Below are positions 40,061 through 52,424 of a stretch of 64,000 nucleotides of DNA, piece after piece. The stretch's first letter is position 1, and every line of letters begins with the position of its first letter. The stretch comes from Lama glama (lineage: Eukaryota), in NCBI GenBank assembly GCA_028534125.1, contig CM052818.1, positions 15,068,001-15,132,000 on the forward strand, in the 5' to 3' direction. The notes beneath the pieces are model-generated. The model searched no databases and was not told the origin of the DNA. It worked only from the letters and a program-made list of their open reading frames with translations. The translations under genes were made by a program, and so were the position numbers.

Positions 40061-41539
40061 TATATGCATCCTTTCTCCCTAGGTTATTTTTGCTTTTACT
40101 AAATCTAAGTCTTTCAGATCTTAAAGAAAGACTAAGGAAAGGAATATAGGAAAAATGTATTCATCGCTTTAAAAAATATTATGATTTTCTTGCTTATAAT
40201 TCTGAACACTTGTTCTTACAGTGGCTTTTGGCCAAAGGCAATAAAATTATAAAATGCACATTGGGTGCATAGCTGGCCAGTTTGTGGAATCATTTTGAAA
40301 AGTATGTTGAAAAATGTTTCTGTCTCTTGAGCTACTTCTGATTATAATATAATTTCTACCAGTCCAACTAATTTTATATGCTCAGAAAGTGGTACAACTC
40401 CACGGGAAATATAAATTTTTCATTGACTAGCAGCCTGTAACTGCGTTAAGTGTAATTACACATTTTTCATTTAAGATCAATTTCACAAAATCGTTTTTAT
40501 GACCTAAGGCTGACTTCTTAATAATTGGGTGCAGCTAATTTATTAGGGTTTGCATGTGTTGGTATTGCTGTCATTCTCTCCTGGGTGTATAGAAACAGGC
40601 TCCATGTGAATATGGAAAAGACTCTTCAGTTTCGTATTTATTTCCCTTATGCCAATCCAGCGAAACCTATTTTGTTTCTTAGCATATACAGTTCTGTAGA
40701 AAGCCCACGACAACCTGTTCTTAAAACAGCACAGTAGTCAGATGAGGATATTTTGCATTTAATCCTAGGGAAGATGCCCCTTCAGAACATAATTAAATCT
40801 GATCTTTCTCACTTGAAGCAGCCTGAATAATTCATGAAGTTTAGGAATAGTCAGGTTTTAGGCTTTGGGAAATTTTTAGTTGATGTGCAAAGGTTAAATT
40901 TTTTTTTTCATTGAAGGAGAAGATCCTGTGGAGCCATCTTCTATGCCAAGATTTAAGTGCTGTGGAGATTTCTGTAAAGGAGTGTAGGGCTGGGGTAGGG
41001 GACCATGTTACTTTATGCAGAGGTAAGTGTACTTTTGTACACACTTAACACAACATGCTCATTTTAACCTGCATCTCCCCTCGTGTAAATGTGAGCAAGG
41101 GGCCTGACTTCACTGAGTGGGAGAAGTCTAGAATTAAGGGATGCCCCCAAAGCTCAGGCTCTTTGCCATGTAGACCATTAGGAGGAAACTGGCCCTTGGG
41201 AGTTTGTCCTCTGACTCTGCTCTGAGTCAGGAATCCTAGAGAGGTAGCCAGCAGGGTTGCCCAAGGAAGCTCTGTTTGGACTCTGACTCCATTGTCTTAT
41301 TTCCCTTTAGTAGGGATAGCCTGGCCTTTTCAGTCTTCTTTCAGCCTTCTTTCAAAGAAATATAGGTCTTTCCCCTTTTCTCAAGGATGCCAACAGGGCA
41401 TTACTGTAGATTCTAAGTATAACAATGATAATACATGATTCCTGCATGAGAAACTGACCAGCAGGACAGCAGTCCCTGAGTGGCACCCATGGCAAAATGC
41501 ATGCTCCAGGGAGGAAGAGATCATTTTTTATCAGTAGGA

Positions 41540-41900
41540 TTGTGTAGAGAAAGCCCCTTGGCAATGGAACTTTGGGTAGGTTTTGAGTGATTTAGGGAAT
41601 TTTGATGAATGGTGAGAAGAGGAGAGAGCATCTTAAAAGGCTCATGATGGGAATGGACATGGTTTGTTAGATGATAGTGAGGACAAGAGTTTGATAAGCA
41701 CAGGAGATTTGTACCAGGGAGATAAGTTTTGGGGCCAGGTTATGGAGGCCTTGAATGCTGGAGTGAGGCATCTGGGCTGAAGACAGTGGGGAGCCTTTGA
41801 AAGCTTCTGGGCAGGGAGAATGCATGACCCAAATGGCATTTAGAAAGCAGGGTTAGTAGCAGTGTTTGAAGTTAGTAGAGAAAGAACTGCAGGTGGGGAT
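41540..41900 (-). mobile_element. LINE-2 remnant
   Basis: GGGGCCAGGTTATGGAGGCCTTGAATGC...CAGTGGGGAGCCTTTGAAAG. Confidence 0.65.
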
Positions 41901-44167
41901 CTAAGATTGTAGCCCTATGCACTTAACCATAGCATAAGTTACATATCAGCACATTTAGGGAAAATCAGTGGTCTTTTCCCCTTATGAATTCCAGTGATGT
42001 GCCCCAATTTTTCAACCTCTGAAATGTGGAACCACTTAGAGTAGAAGGTAAAGGTCCTTGTTGCATTTCTCCTGAGATATAAATGGCAAGATAGCACTTG
42101 TGGCAGGAACTTGGATGTTACATGAGAACTGGCCATGTGGCTCTGTGCTTGTTACTGTGGCATGATGGAACCTGTCTCATGGAGTGTATAGTCCAGTGAG
42201 CTTTCTACTTCTTTGACCAGCAGGTGCACCCACAAGATAGCCTGGAGATCTCCAGACACTGGATATTTGGAATTTTGTCCAGAAGCTCCCAGGACACATA
42301 GGAAAGCTGGGAAAACAGCACAGATATTGACAATTTAGGCAAGGACTGCTAATCGGAGGGCTGAGGGCACAAATTGATTTACCATGCCCATCCACAGTAT
42401 ATATGCAGTAGTGAATACCCATCTTATATACTCATTGCTACAGGGTCTGGCACATACTAAGTGCTTTAAAATATTTGTTGAATGACCAAGTGAATGTTGT
42501 TGAATACCCGATGCATCCCCTGGACCTCTCAGCTGCCTCACTGGATGAGATATCTATATGTATGGATGTGAGTATCTACCTACGAGTCTATCTATGTATC
42601 TAATCTACCTATCCATCTATGTATCTATCACCTACCTACCTACTTAAGATGGAGACAGACCAAGACCAACACCCATCAGATTATATCCTCGAGGGAAATC
42701 AGTGGGAGTTGAGTGAATGAGGGCCCTGTCAGTCACAGCAGGGTGGGATGGTCACTTGAAGGACTGTGTGTGATCAGCAGCAGCCTGAAGGCAACACTGG
42801 GCTTGCTTACTTGGTCTAGTCCACTGGGGCTTTTGGAGGACTGACTGAGAGATGAGACCTCATAATGGCTTTCAGCAGTCCCTTTACAACATTAGGCTTC
42901 TCTCCACGCTTTGTGGTTAGAGAGCTAGCTCTGTGGCTTGGTGACTTGTCCAGGAACGTGTATTTACTGTTTGTGGGCCAAGCAAAGAAGAGTGTGGCAT
43001 CCATCCAGGGCCAAGGCCATGTTTGAAATACTAGAGATAAGGCTGGTGAGTTAGGTTTGGGTCTTACTGTGAAAAGCTTCATTTACTGAGGAGCTGGGAC
43101 TATCTCCATAGGTAACAAGGAGGGAGCCACTGCAAAATTTTATAGCAAAAAAAGTGCAATTCTCCCATCTATGTGTTAGAAACATAATACAGTTGAAGTG
43201 TGCATGGAATTGGAGAGGAAGAAAATGGAAAGCAGAGAAACCACTAAGAATGCCATTACCATGCCCAAGTGAGCAGTAGTATGGGTGATTTTTCAGGATT
43301 TTTCTATTGTTGTTGTGTTGTGGCGATGCAGCTAAAAATGCAAAATGGCAGAATTCTTCTGTATTTCCATCATAGTTCAGTAAGTTATAGGGTTATTATG
43401 CCCATCAATGAATCAGCAAATTAAAAGTCTGGAATTTTGCTGTATGCAGAATTGTATCTCCTTATATGTTGTTCTTTGCCAGAAGGCATGTTTTTGGTTA
43501 TTTTGCTTTTCTTCTTGTAGGAGTTGAGTTGGAATCACATAAGAATATAGCAGAACATTATATACCGAGAGGCACTAATAATATTGACCCCTCGTACCTT
43601 GCAGTAGTTGGCTTATTCTTCAAAGCACCTAAATTATACCCAGGAAGGAAGTTAGAATTGGGCTCACCTTCACAGAGGGTGATAAACATACAGGTTCTCC
43701 AGCTTTGGTCAGATGCAGTATGAGAACTGCTTTTTTTACTTAGCCTGTTAAACAGAGATTCCTTTTTCCTCCATGCACCGACCTGAAATAACCACAATTC
43801 CTAGAATTGCCTGGGTGTGGCTTGAGTTTGGTCAGGGCTAGGTGTGTAGAGTGGCTTTTAAAACACAACTTGGATGGAAGAATCTGAGAATTGTGTTCTT
43901 AGCTAAAAGGAAGGAGAAGACATCATGTTTCCACTGTGTTTGTTTTCACTCCATGAATCTCTGGTTTCGGTGGTCCTGGAGTTACAGCTTCTGGATTAAT
44001 CATGACAGACATGAAAAGAATAGCCCAGTTTCGACACAAGCATGGTGATTAGGAAATGGAATTTTCTGGTTCTTGGCTGAGGGATCAGCTCTAACAGCCT
44101 TGGCTTAGTGCTAATGTAGAGTTCCTACCCGTAAGAGAAAGCTCACCGAGGGGCTTCAGTCTAGGCT

Positions 44168-44388
44168 AGAGGTTGGCAAACATTTCCTGTTGGAGTGGTA
44201 AACATTTTATCCTTTGTACAAGGCCCTATGGCCTCTGTCACAACTTCTCAACTCTTCGAGTGTAGTCAGGAAGTAGCCACAGACAATACCTAAATGAACG
44301 AGCATGGCTGTGCTCCAGTAACACTGTATGTACCAAATGGGTGGTGGCAAGACTTGGCCTGTGAGCTGCAGTTTGCTGACTGCGGGTC
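44168..44388 (+). mobile_element. MER58A-like hAT MITE
   Basis: GGTTGGCAAAC...TAAATGAACGAGCATGGCTGTGCTCCAGTAAC...GTTTGCTGAC with inverted termini. Confidence 0.8.
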
Positions 44389-44959
44389 TGGGTGGTAACT
44401 AATTCCAGAGAAGTGGCCTGAGGCAGAGATGACTGCACTGTTAGAATATCAGACTACATTTCCCCTATAGTTTTCATCATCTTTGCCTCTAGGTACCCTC
44501 CCACAAATATAACAGAAAACGACAGCACCCTCCACACTTGGCAGCTTGTTTTACTTAAGAATTCAATGCCACGTCAAGGTGAAGAAAGCAAGTGCCAAAA
44601 GTCATTACGGGTACACTGGCAAATATCATATTTGTTGATGGACTGGATAAATGCTCATCATGGGACAGTGAATGATCATATAAAAAGGGGTATTTCCCAT
44701 GCAGGTGAGAGATGTATATTTTTCATTCTTCTGATATACCCTCAAGAGGACTGTTTTTTGTTTTTTTTTTCTCCACATGGCTGTGAACACTTGGGTTTCT
44801 CCGTTCATGTCCCATTGACTTTCCAGCTCTGGTTTTATCATTGCCCAGAGGTCATGATGCTTCACTGGGAGCCATTAGGTGTTAGGCTACCTTTCTATTT
44901 TTCAAAGGTTAGAAAACGCATTGTATAAGACCCCTCTTAGGCACCTGTTTGTATTTTCT

Positions 44960-46420
44960 CAGTCTTGCCTGTTTCTTGGTCCAACTCTGCAGGGCCCTAA
45001 GTGACTTCACTATGTACAACGTAACAGCACCTTGTTCCCCACCCAGAGCTTTGAACACGATAGCAGGCCCATGCCCACTCCTTCATAACCCACAAGTAGT
45101 GAACTTCTAACAAATGGGCATGGGAGCCAGTGGATAAAGTCTTTACTTTTCTCCCCACTGTGGGATGATCCTGAAATGCTGCTTATACAACTTCTCAGGG
45201 ATGCAGTCCTATAAGTGAAGCCATCTGTCACACTTAGGGGTGCGACCAGTTCAATGATGCATCAATATATTGGCTCTCAGTCCATCCATGCTCCCCATGG
45301 CTTGTTCCCCACTTCCACTCCCTGGGACCATACTCTCTAATTAAATGCTACAAGTCTTCTGGCTCAGGCTCAACTTTCTGGGGAACCCAGGCAGGGTCTC
45401 TGCTCCAGGAAGAAATAGCTTATGTACCAAAGGAATTGCAGGACCTCAGAGAACGCATGCAGGAGGGGATCCTGTTGGTGATTTGCGGGGAGGAATTTTG
45501 GTGCAGAATATAAACCTGGGGGAAGCCAGCTGGCCACTGGATTACTCAGTAGTTCGATGGCACCCTGGATCCCATTCTTGTAAGGGAGGCGGTGTCCCCT
45601 GGCACGTGGTGGTGTTGCAGTTATTCAGGCTCTCCCTCACCTGTGGCTCGCTGGGATGCCACACAGGTGGAGGAAGAAGTCCTGGGTCATGCAGTAACTG
45701 CTGATAGAGCAGCATGGGGCGTGGCAGCGGTCAGGATGGAGGAGGACTATGGCTTCTGTCAACCACGTTAGCCTTAAAAACAAATTTAAAAAGGACAGTA
45801 ATAGACTAGTACAGTCAACTTCCACCTCATGACATGCTTTGAAACCAGAAGGCCTCTATGACTGCTCTGAAGTAGGCTGTCATCTCCTGCAGCTTCAGGG
45901 AAGGCTTCATGGAATTGTCAGGATCTAGCTGTAAGGGTGGCCGGGCTACAGACGAAGCTGAATGAATATGCCCAGCAGGTCTCCTGCGGCAGAGTCAAGG
46001 CCCTGCTAGGAAGCAAGTGGGGCCCTGAAGCTTGAGATGGACCCATTTGTTGGATGTGCCTGAGAACAGTAAATCCCCAGATTCTCCTGGAGTCCCTAGG
46101 ATGGTGGAAGCAGCCCCAGCAGACTGCTGAACATCCTCACCTGAGGCAGATCCTTGAAAGATGATGCTCATTCTCAAAATCTGCCTCTCTCACAACTTGT
46201 TACTTTCAAGCTGATAAACACAGCCTAAGAAGGGGAGAAATAGCTTAGAGGCCAAAGGTATCGCAGGTCCTGGAGGAACCCGTGTTGGAGAGGATCTTGT
46301 GGATGACCAATGAGGTAGGCTGGATGGAGAGGTTTTATTGATTCGGGGCATTCACCTGTGACTCTGGGCTCCGTGTCCTGGCAGGAGCATCTGGAATCAG
46401 CACAGAGAGCCTTGGGAACT
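44960..46420 (+). mobile_element. LTR16-like ERVL LTR (about 44960-45395) followed by decayed ERVL internal sequence
   Basis: LTR16-type motifs (GGGCATGGGAGCCAGTGGATAAA; CTCAGGCTC..CTTTCTGGGGAACCCAGGC). These are followed by ERVL leader/gag-like sequence (CCCCTGGCACGTGGTGGTGTTGCAGTTA). Confidence 0.65.
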
Positions 46421-48656
46421 GCCTGTGCTTCACTTCACTTAGTGCTTCCTCCTTTGATTTTACTGATGATTTCACTCCTGCCTGGAGGGCCCATTTTACC
46501 TGATGGTCTCATATCTTAGGAGCTGGCCCAGAATGCAAAGAAACTGCTGGCTGATACTTGTTCTGCCTTATTTTTGTGAGTCTGTGGAAGGGAGGAATGG
46601 TGTACTCAGCCCTGCGTTTTCTAACACATCCTCATCTCAGCCCTGGCGCGATGCCTCCCTTGTCTGTGAACAGCCTTGGCCAGCAGCCTTGAGAGGCGTT
46701 GAGGACATACCTCATAGCAAGCAGAATGCGGCACTGTCATGGAAGCTCAGGATTCCCAGCTGGGTTTGTGGCATCTCAGAAGGTGGCAAGAATTCTGCTC
46801 CAGATCTGATCTCAGATGTGGAACTAGGTCCTAGAAATCCCTTCTGACAAAGCCACAGGGATGGTAGGAAAAAAGTGAGGAACACTGTGGCAAAGCAGGA
46901 TGCCTCTCCTTGCTCTGGCCTAGTGCCTTGAAGGGAAGGTATGCTGCCCACAGCTAATCCGTGTCCCCGCTCATGTTGGTGTGCATAATTATTACTTTCT
47001 CTCTAGTAATGGTCCTTCCGGCCCATTTACCCAGCAGTAAGGATTCTGATTCAGGATTGTCTTTTTTTTTTTTTTAACCGGCCTCTAGGATTTTTCTATT
47101 ACTTTTCTTGATCGTATTAGTTTCATGCTTCAGCTGTTCATGCTCTGTAACTGCATCTGCATTTTTGTCTCCAGTCCCAGGCTGATTTCTAACAGTATCA
47201 TCAGCGTTAGAGCATTAGGAGGAAAAAAAGAGAAAAGCTCCAAGTAGATTGAGTGGCAGAAAAAGAATGAGACAACATCTGGGCCATCAAAAGCCCCTAC
47301 TGCTCACACCTCCTGGTTCGCAAATGAATTTATAGTAAGTTTATTCACATGTTTTCATTCGAATGTATCCCCCCAGCCTCCTTCCTAGTTTGGAGGCAAG
47401 GATAAAAGAAATTTTTCCCAGCTTGGCTTTTCCTCCCTGATGAGCTTCCATTAGCAGCTCTAAACTTCTTAGGGCCTGTTGAAAAGATGTGAACTTTGTT
47501 ACCTTGAAACCTATTTGATGGAAACAAAGGAAGTGTGTACAACCTCTCTTGGCAACTCCTCGGGTGCTTTTATTCAAAGGTTCAATCCTGAGTTTGGCTC
47601 TGGAGGTCAGGAAATTTCACCAGAGAAGAAATACTCATGGGTCTGCAGTGCCACAAGTGCATTCCAATCTCAGAGCTGTGACCACATAATTGCTTTCACT
47701 TCTATTTGATGGTAATCCATGAGAAAAAGAGAAAATCATGTAAGAGAAGTAGTATTTCTAATGCATAAACAAGGCAATGATTAAGTCTCGTTCTACTATC
47801 GTTGTTGTATTATATTAAGTTTTTTCACCTCTCCGAGCTTCCTTCTGTCAATTGTAAAACTTTGTTGGGCTGGTGCAAGGCCAAAGTTTTTAAGCAGCCT
47901 ACACACAGTACATAGTAAGTATACAGTATATGACTTTTTATTAGGGAAGTAGGCAAATTGTGTATATGTTGACACTTCCACACTTGGTGACCATTAACTT
48001 GCAATCTTGGACTTGCATTAAAAACAGACTTTAAAAGACCAATAAGAATCTATGGAGAGAAAGAAAAAGCATCAACACCATTTATTACTGTCAAACAATT
48101 TTTTTTTGACATGCTGAGAAGATCCTCCTCAAACAACATCTTCAGTGAAATGGGCAAATCATTAGACTAGGAGATTAATCATCAAAGGACAATCGAGTTA
48201 TTTGCCAGTCACAGCTGTTACGCATGCACAAAAGACTAACGGCTAACTTTTACGGACCACTTACTACGTGCCAAGTGCTTGATGATCAATATTTCATCTA
48301 CTCCTCATGACCATCCTGGGAGGCAGGCACTGTGGCACTGTTACCTCCAAGGGAGGACCCGGAGCCTGAGAGAAGATGGGTAAACTGACTTGCCTAAGGT
48401 CTCAGAGCAGGTGGCTGTGGAGCCCCTGGGCCTCAGCTGGGTCTGTTTGGCTCAAAGTTCTTACCTGCAGCCTTCCCCCTCTATGCTTAATCACCATGAT
48501 CTCTAACACGAGGCTAGCACTGGTGCTGCCTTAGCTGCAGCCCTGTGGGCGGGGGGCCCTGAGGGAAAAGACAAATGTGTGTGTTTTTGTGTGTGTGTGT
48601 GCACGTGCGCATGCACACATGCCTGCATAAGCAGCTTTTGGCAGAAAAGAGCTCTC

Positions 48657-49087
48657 TGTAGGAGGCCCCTTTTGTCTTATCGCTTGCTTAAGCTGTTGGT
48701 TTTCCCAAGATCGAAGAAGTAAAAATGCAGACTAAGCAATTCACGGATGACCAGATCTCTTCCCTAGCTTCCCCTTCAGTAATCTCCCGAACAAGCTGTG
48801 TGAATGAGACAGCATCTAAGAAAAGATTGACAGACCTGCGCTCAGTCGGGGATGGCGACGACTCTGACCCCCATCTCAGTGCTTAACTGAAATTGTTTCC
48901 CTCTTTTCCCTGTAAAAACTTTCATGGCCACGCAGAATCTTCGGAGATGGTCTTTGGGGGACGCTGAGTCCGCCACCTCCCCAGACTGCCAGCTTTTCCG
49001 GTTAAAGCACCTTTCCTTTCTACTGACACTTGCCTCTAAAACCATTGGCTTTTGAGTGGTGAGCAGCTGAACCTGAGTTCAGTAACA
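48657..49087 (+). mobile_element. ERV1-type solo LTR (MER41-like 3' end)
   Basis: Ends ATTGGCTTTTGAGTGGTGAGCAGCTGAACCTGAGTTCAGTAACA and retains many CpGs. The 5' boundary is uncertain. Confidence 0.7.
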
Positions 49088-51517
49088 TGCGTCTCTAGAT
49101 AGACCGAACAAAATATCTTCCCATATTTCAAAACAATGGAAAATTTTAACAAAAGCTCTTCAGTGAGAACACAACAGATTCATGGTGTTGTGGGCAACAG
49201 ATCAGTTTCAGAAAGATCCTGGAGGCAGAGGACCCAGCAGAAGCTGACCCCCTGCGAATTTGCAAAAACTGTGTGGAAGTCTTTGTATTTCCATAGAGAC
49301 AGAAAGAGGAGTGGGGCTGAGGCAATTTTATAGAAATCTTGAGGGGCAGGGAAGGCCCTAAAGCCTTGATTTTTTCCTGAAAAAAATTCTCGAAGAAACT
49401 CAGCAGATGAGATTCTAGAAAGTGTATGGCTTGAACATAGCTGATGTTCACAGGATTTCAGATTTGCTGAATGTTTTTCTGTTTCTCTTGTCTTTAGGTC
49501 CAGAATCATAGGTGCTTGGAGACTTTAGTAAGTTATCCCTCCCTTCTTGCTCCTCTCCCTTGGGTCTTACCTCCTCCCCAACGGGGACGTGTCAGGCTGG
49601 GGAGGTAGCAAGAGGGGTGCTGGTGCTGCCCTAGTGTTCATGTGTGACCCGGGTTATCAGTGTCCCTTCTGTTCTGTCCCAAAGCCTGTTGCTCCCAGAC
49701 CTGGGTGAAGGGCAGCCACCAGGAAGCACCTCATTCCCCAGGACACAGAGTTTTCTCCACCAGCGTCCGTTCCAGTTAGCCGCCCATGGAGAAGCAGGGG
49801 CAGGCAGCCCTGTCTCTGGTGGAGTTCTGCTGCAGTGGGGAGTGGATGAACCCCTCCTCTTTGTGGAGTCTCCCTGCTGCTCTGGTCTCTGCTCCATAAA
49901 CCTCACTGGACTACTAGGCAAGTTTATGAAATTTTTATTGACAGGACAAGAGTATCTCAAAAGAGAGGTTCTGTGCGAGCTTTGTCTTAACTCAAAACTG
50001 CACAAATGGGGAGGCCCTTTCAGGCTTAGGACTTGGCTAGGACAGTGTTTCCCTTGCTCCATTCCTCCTTCTCTCCAGTCTTCACTCCCACAGGCATCCC
50101 CTCTTCAGGTCTCTGAGGCGGGCACACTCACAAACTACACTCTGTGGGCTCAGGAAGCAGGCTAACCTACTGGGGCTTCCTGCAACTGCAACTGTGGCCA
50201 GTGTCTCGGGCTTCCGCCAAGGGCTGCAGGGAGAAGTAGGGTGGCCCCCGGTCCCGTACGTGAGGGTCCACGTGGGTGCCCTGAATGAGGCTCTGTTTCC
50301 CCAGAAAGGCGTTCTCCACGGCTGATTTTCTTGCTCAGCTCCTTAGGAAGTAAGCCGCCTTTGCCAAGGTAAGCACTCGTTTTCCCTAGAAACCGCACAG
50401 CTCAGTCTTGTAGGAGAAGAAACATCTCCCCCATCCAGCATGGACTTGACCTGGAAGGTTTTAGAGCAGTGAGTCCTGTCTTTGCTGGGCTGCGAAACGC
50501 TTGGCTCTTTTCTGCCTCACCGGAGCCTGGTTTGTTTTAGAGAGAAACCATGTCTGCTCAAAACACTATTGTTTCTACTCGAGGTTTGGCCTCAGTTCTA
50601 ATCACATGCCTTTAATTACACTTGTCCCATTGCCAATAATAAAACCACACGTGATTCGGGAGTGAAAATATTTTACATGCCTTACCCAAAATAGAAGTAC
50701 TTATAAGCACCCAAATCTGGCCAATCACTATTTCAGGAATGGAGTACAAGATGTAGTTCTTGTCTCAAGCTGGTTATTTCTTCTTGGAAATAAAACTGAA
50801 CACATAACAGAGTAATAGAGTGGCCTGGTGTTCCCCAGCTGGCCCCTCAGCACTTGCACACACTTCTTTTACCCCCCATACCCCAGCAGGGATATTCTGT
50901 GCCATTTGGGCCATTTTCCTTCCTGTTCCCCAAATGTGCTGTTTTTATTCTTGTTCAGTTGAATGTAAACTTCTCTAGTAGCTGACCTACGAGAACAGTG
51001 TTTCCTTTACCATTAAAAGTATTGTACACTGTCCTCCAAAACTGTTGGTTGGAACTACATTGCTTCTCTTGCACTTAATCAAACATTTCTAACCAATGCC
51101 TCAAGGCTCCACCCTTCTGTGAAGATCTGACTACTGTAGAATTACAATAGTAATAAAAATGTAGTGTTTACAATGTGCCAGGCACTGGGACCAGACTTTT
51201 ATGTGTTGAGAGGTGTCCTAATTGAAAACAAATCTCTGGAGTCACAGAGTCTATGTTGAGCCTTGGCCCTGCTGCATACTTGGTAGGTGACCTTGAGAAA
51301 AAGCTTAAACTCTTTCGTTTACACATCTGTAAAATGGGGACACTTACAGTACTTCCTTCATGGAGCTAATGTGAAGATTAGGTGAGTTTATGTATGAAAA
51401 GCACTTATCATAGAGATAGTAATAGAATTAGTAATTCTTCTATAAGAATTAGCCTTATTAGTGTAAACAATCTAGCTGAGGTCACACAACTAGGAGGTGA
51501 GGGGGCTGGCCTGGAAG

Positions 51518-51571
51518 CCAGCTCTGGTTGACTCAACTACACCACCAGCTCTGGTTGACTCAACTACACCA
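51518..51571. repeat. Perfect 27-bp tandem duplication
   Basis: CCAGCTCTGGTTGACTCAACTACACCA twice (51518-51544 and 51545-51571). Confidence 0.97.
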
Positions 51572-51812
51572 TGGCCACTTTCCAGAACAAGATGTTGTTT
51601 TTGTTGTCTGCTGGAGAGCAGGTTCCCTTCTTTCCTTAAATTAGGGGAGAGGTGCTCATCAGATATCTCCCTTTCTTGGATGCCCTTTTCTTCCACACCC
51701 TTTTACTTGTTCTTCCCTAGAGGAGAAGGAATAATTCATCTGATTGGTAGCTTTCTTTAAAAATTATTTTATTTATTATTATTATTTTAATTTTATTTTA
51801 CTGAAGTATAGT

Positions 51813-52156
51813 CCATATGAGATCGCTCATATGTGGAATCTAAAAAAAAAAACAAAAAACCAAACAAAGCATAAATACAGAACAGAAATAGACTCATAGA
51901 CATAGAATTCTACAGACTTGTGGTTGCCAAGGGGGTGGGGGGTGGGAAGAGATAGACTGGGATTTCAAAATTGTAGAATAGATAAACAAGATTATACTGT
52001 ATAGCACAGGGAAATATATACAAGATCTTATGGTAGCTCACAGAAAGGAAAGTGACAATGAATGTGTATATGTTCATGTGTAATTAAAAAATTGTGCTCT
52101 ACACTGGAATTTGACACAACATTGTAAAATGATTATAAATCAACAAAAAATGTTTG
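51813..52156 (+). mobile_element. Young L1 3' UTR insertion
   Basis: TATGTGGAATCTAAAAA...GACTCATAGACATAGAA...TGTATAGCACAGGGAAATATAT...TTGACACAACATTGTAAA is an L1 3' UTR. Confidence 0.9.
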
Positions 52157-52424
52157 AAAAATTATTTTATTTTATTATTTTTTTATTTTTTAACTTAATT
52201 TAATTTAATTTTATTTTATTTTACTGAAGTAAAGTTTCTTCACAATGTTGTGTTAGTTTCTGGTGTACAGCATATTGATTCGGTTATACATAAATATATT
52301 CTTTTTCATTAGAGGTTATTACAAGACACTGAATATAGTTCCCTGGGCTCTACAGTAGGACAGAGAAAGACAAATATCATATGATGTCACTTACATGTGG
52401 CATCTAAAAAAAATGATACAAATC
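52157..52424 (-). mobile_element. Short L1 3' end with a 5' inversion (52361-52424 in + orientation)
   Basis: Antisense 3' UTR runs to ...CTACAGTAGGA, then switches to sense CAGAGAAAGACAAATATCATATGATGTCACTTACATGTGG. Confidence 0.85.

Noticed and set aside
49631..50165. Overlapping 143-aa and 173-aa ORFs
   Set aside because: No recognisable domain. The composition is typical of chance ORFs in GC-richer intergenic DNA.
51518..51571. Direct repeat of CRISPR-like length
   Set aside because: Only two abutting copies, no spacers, no cas genes, and a mammalian context.
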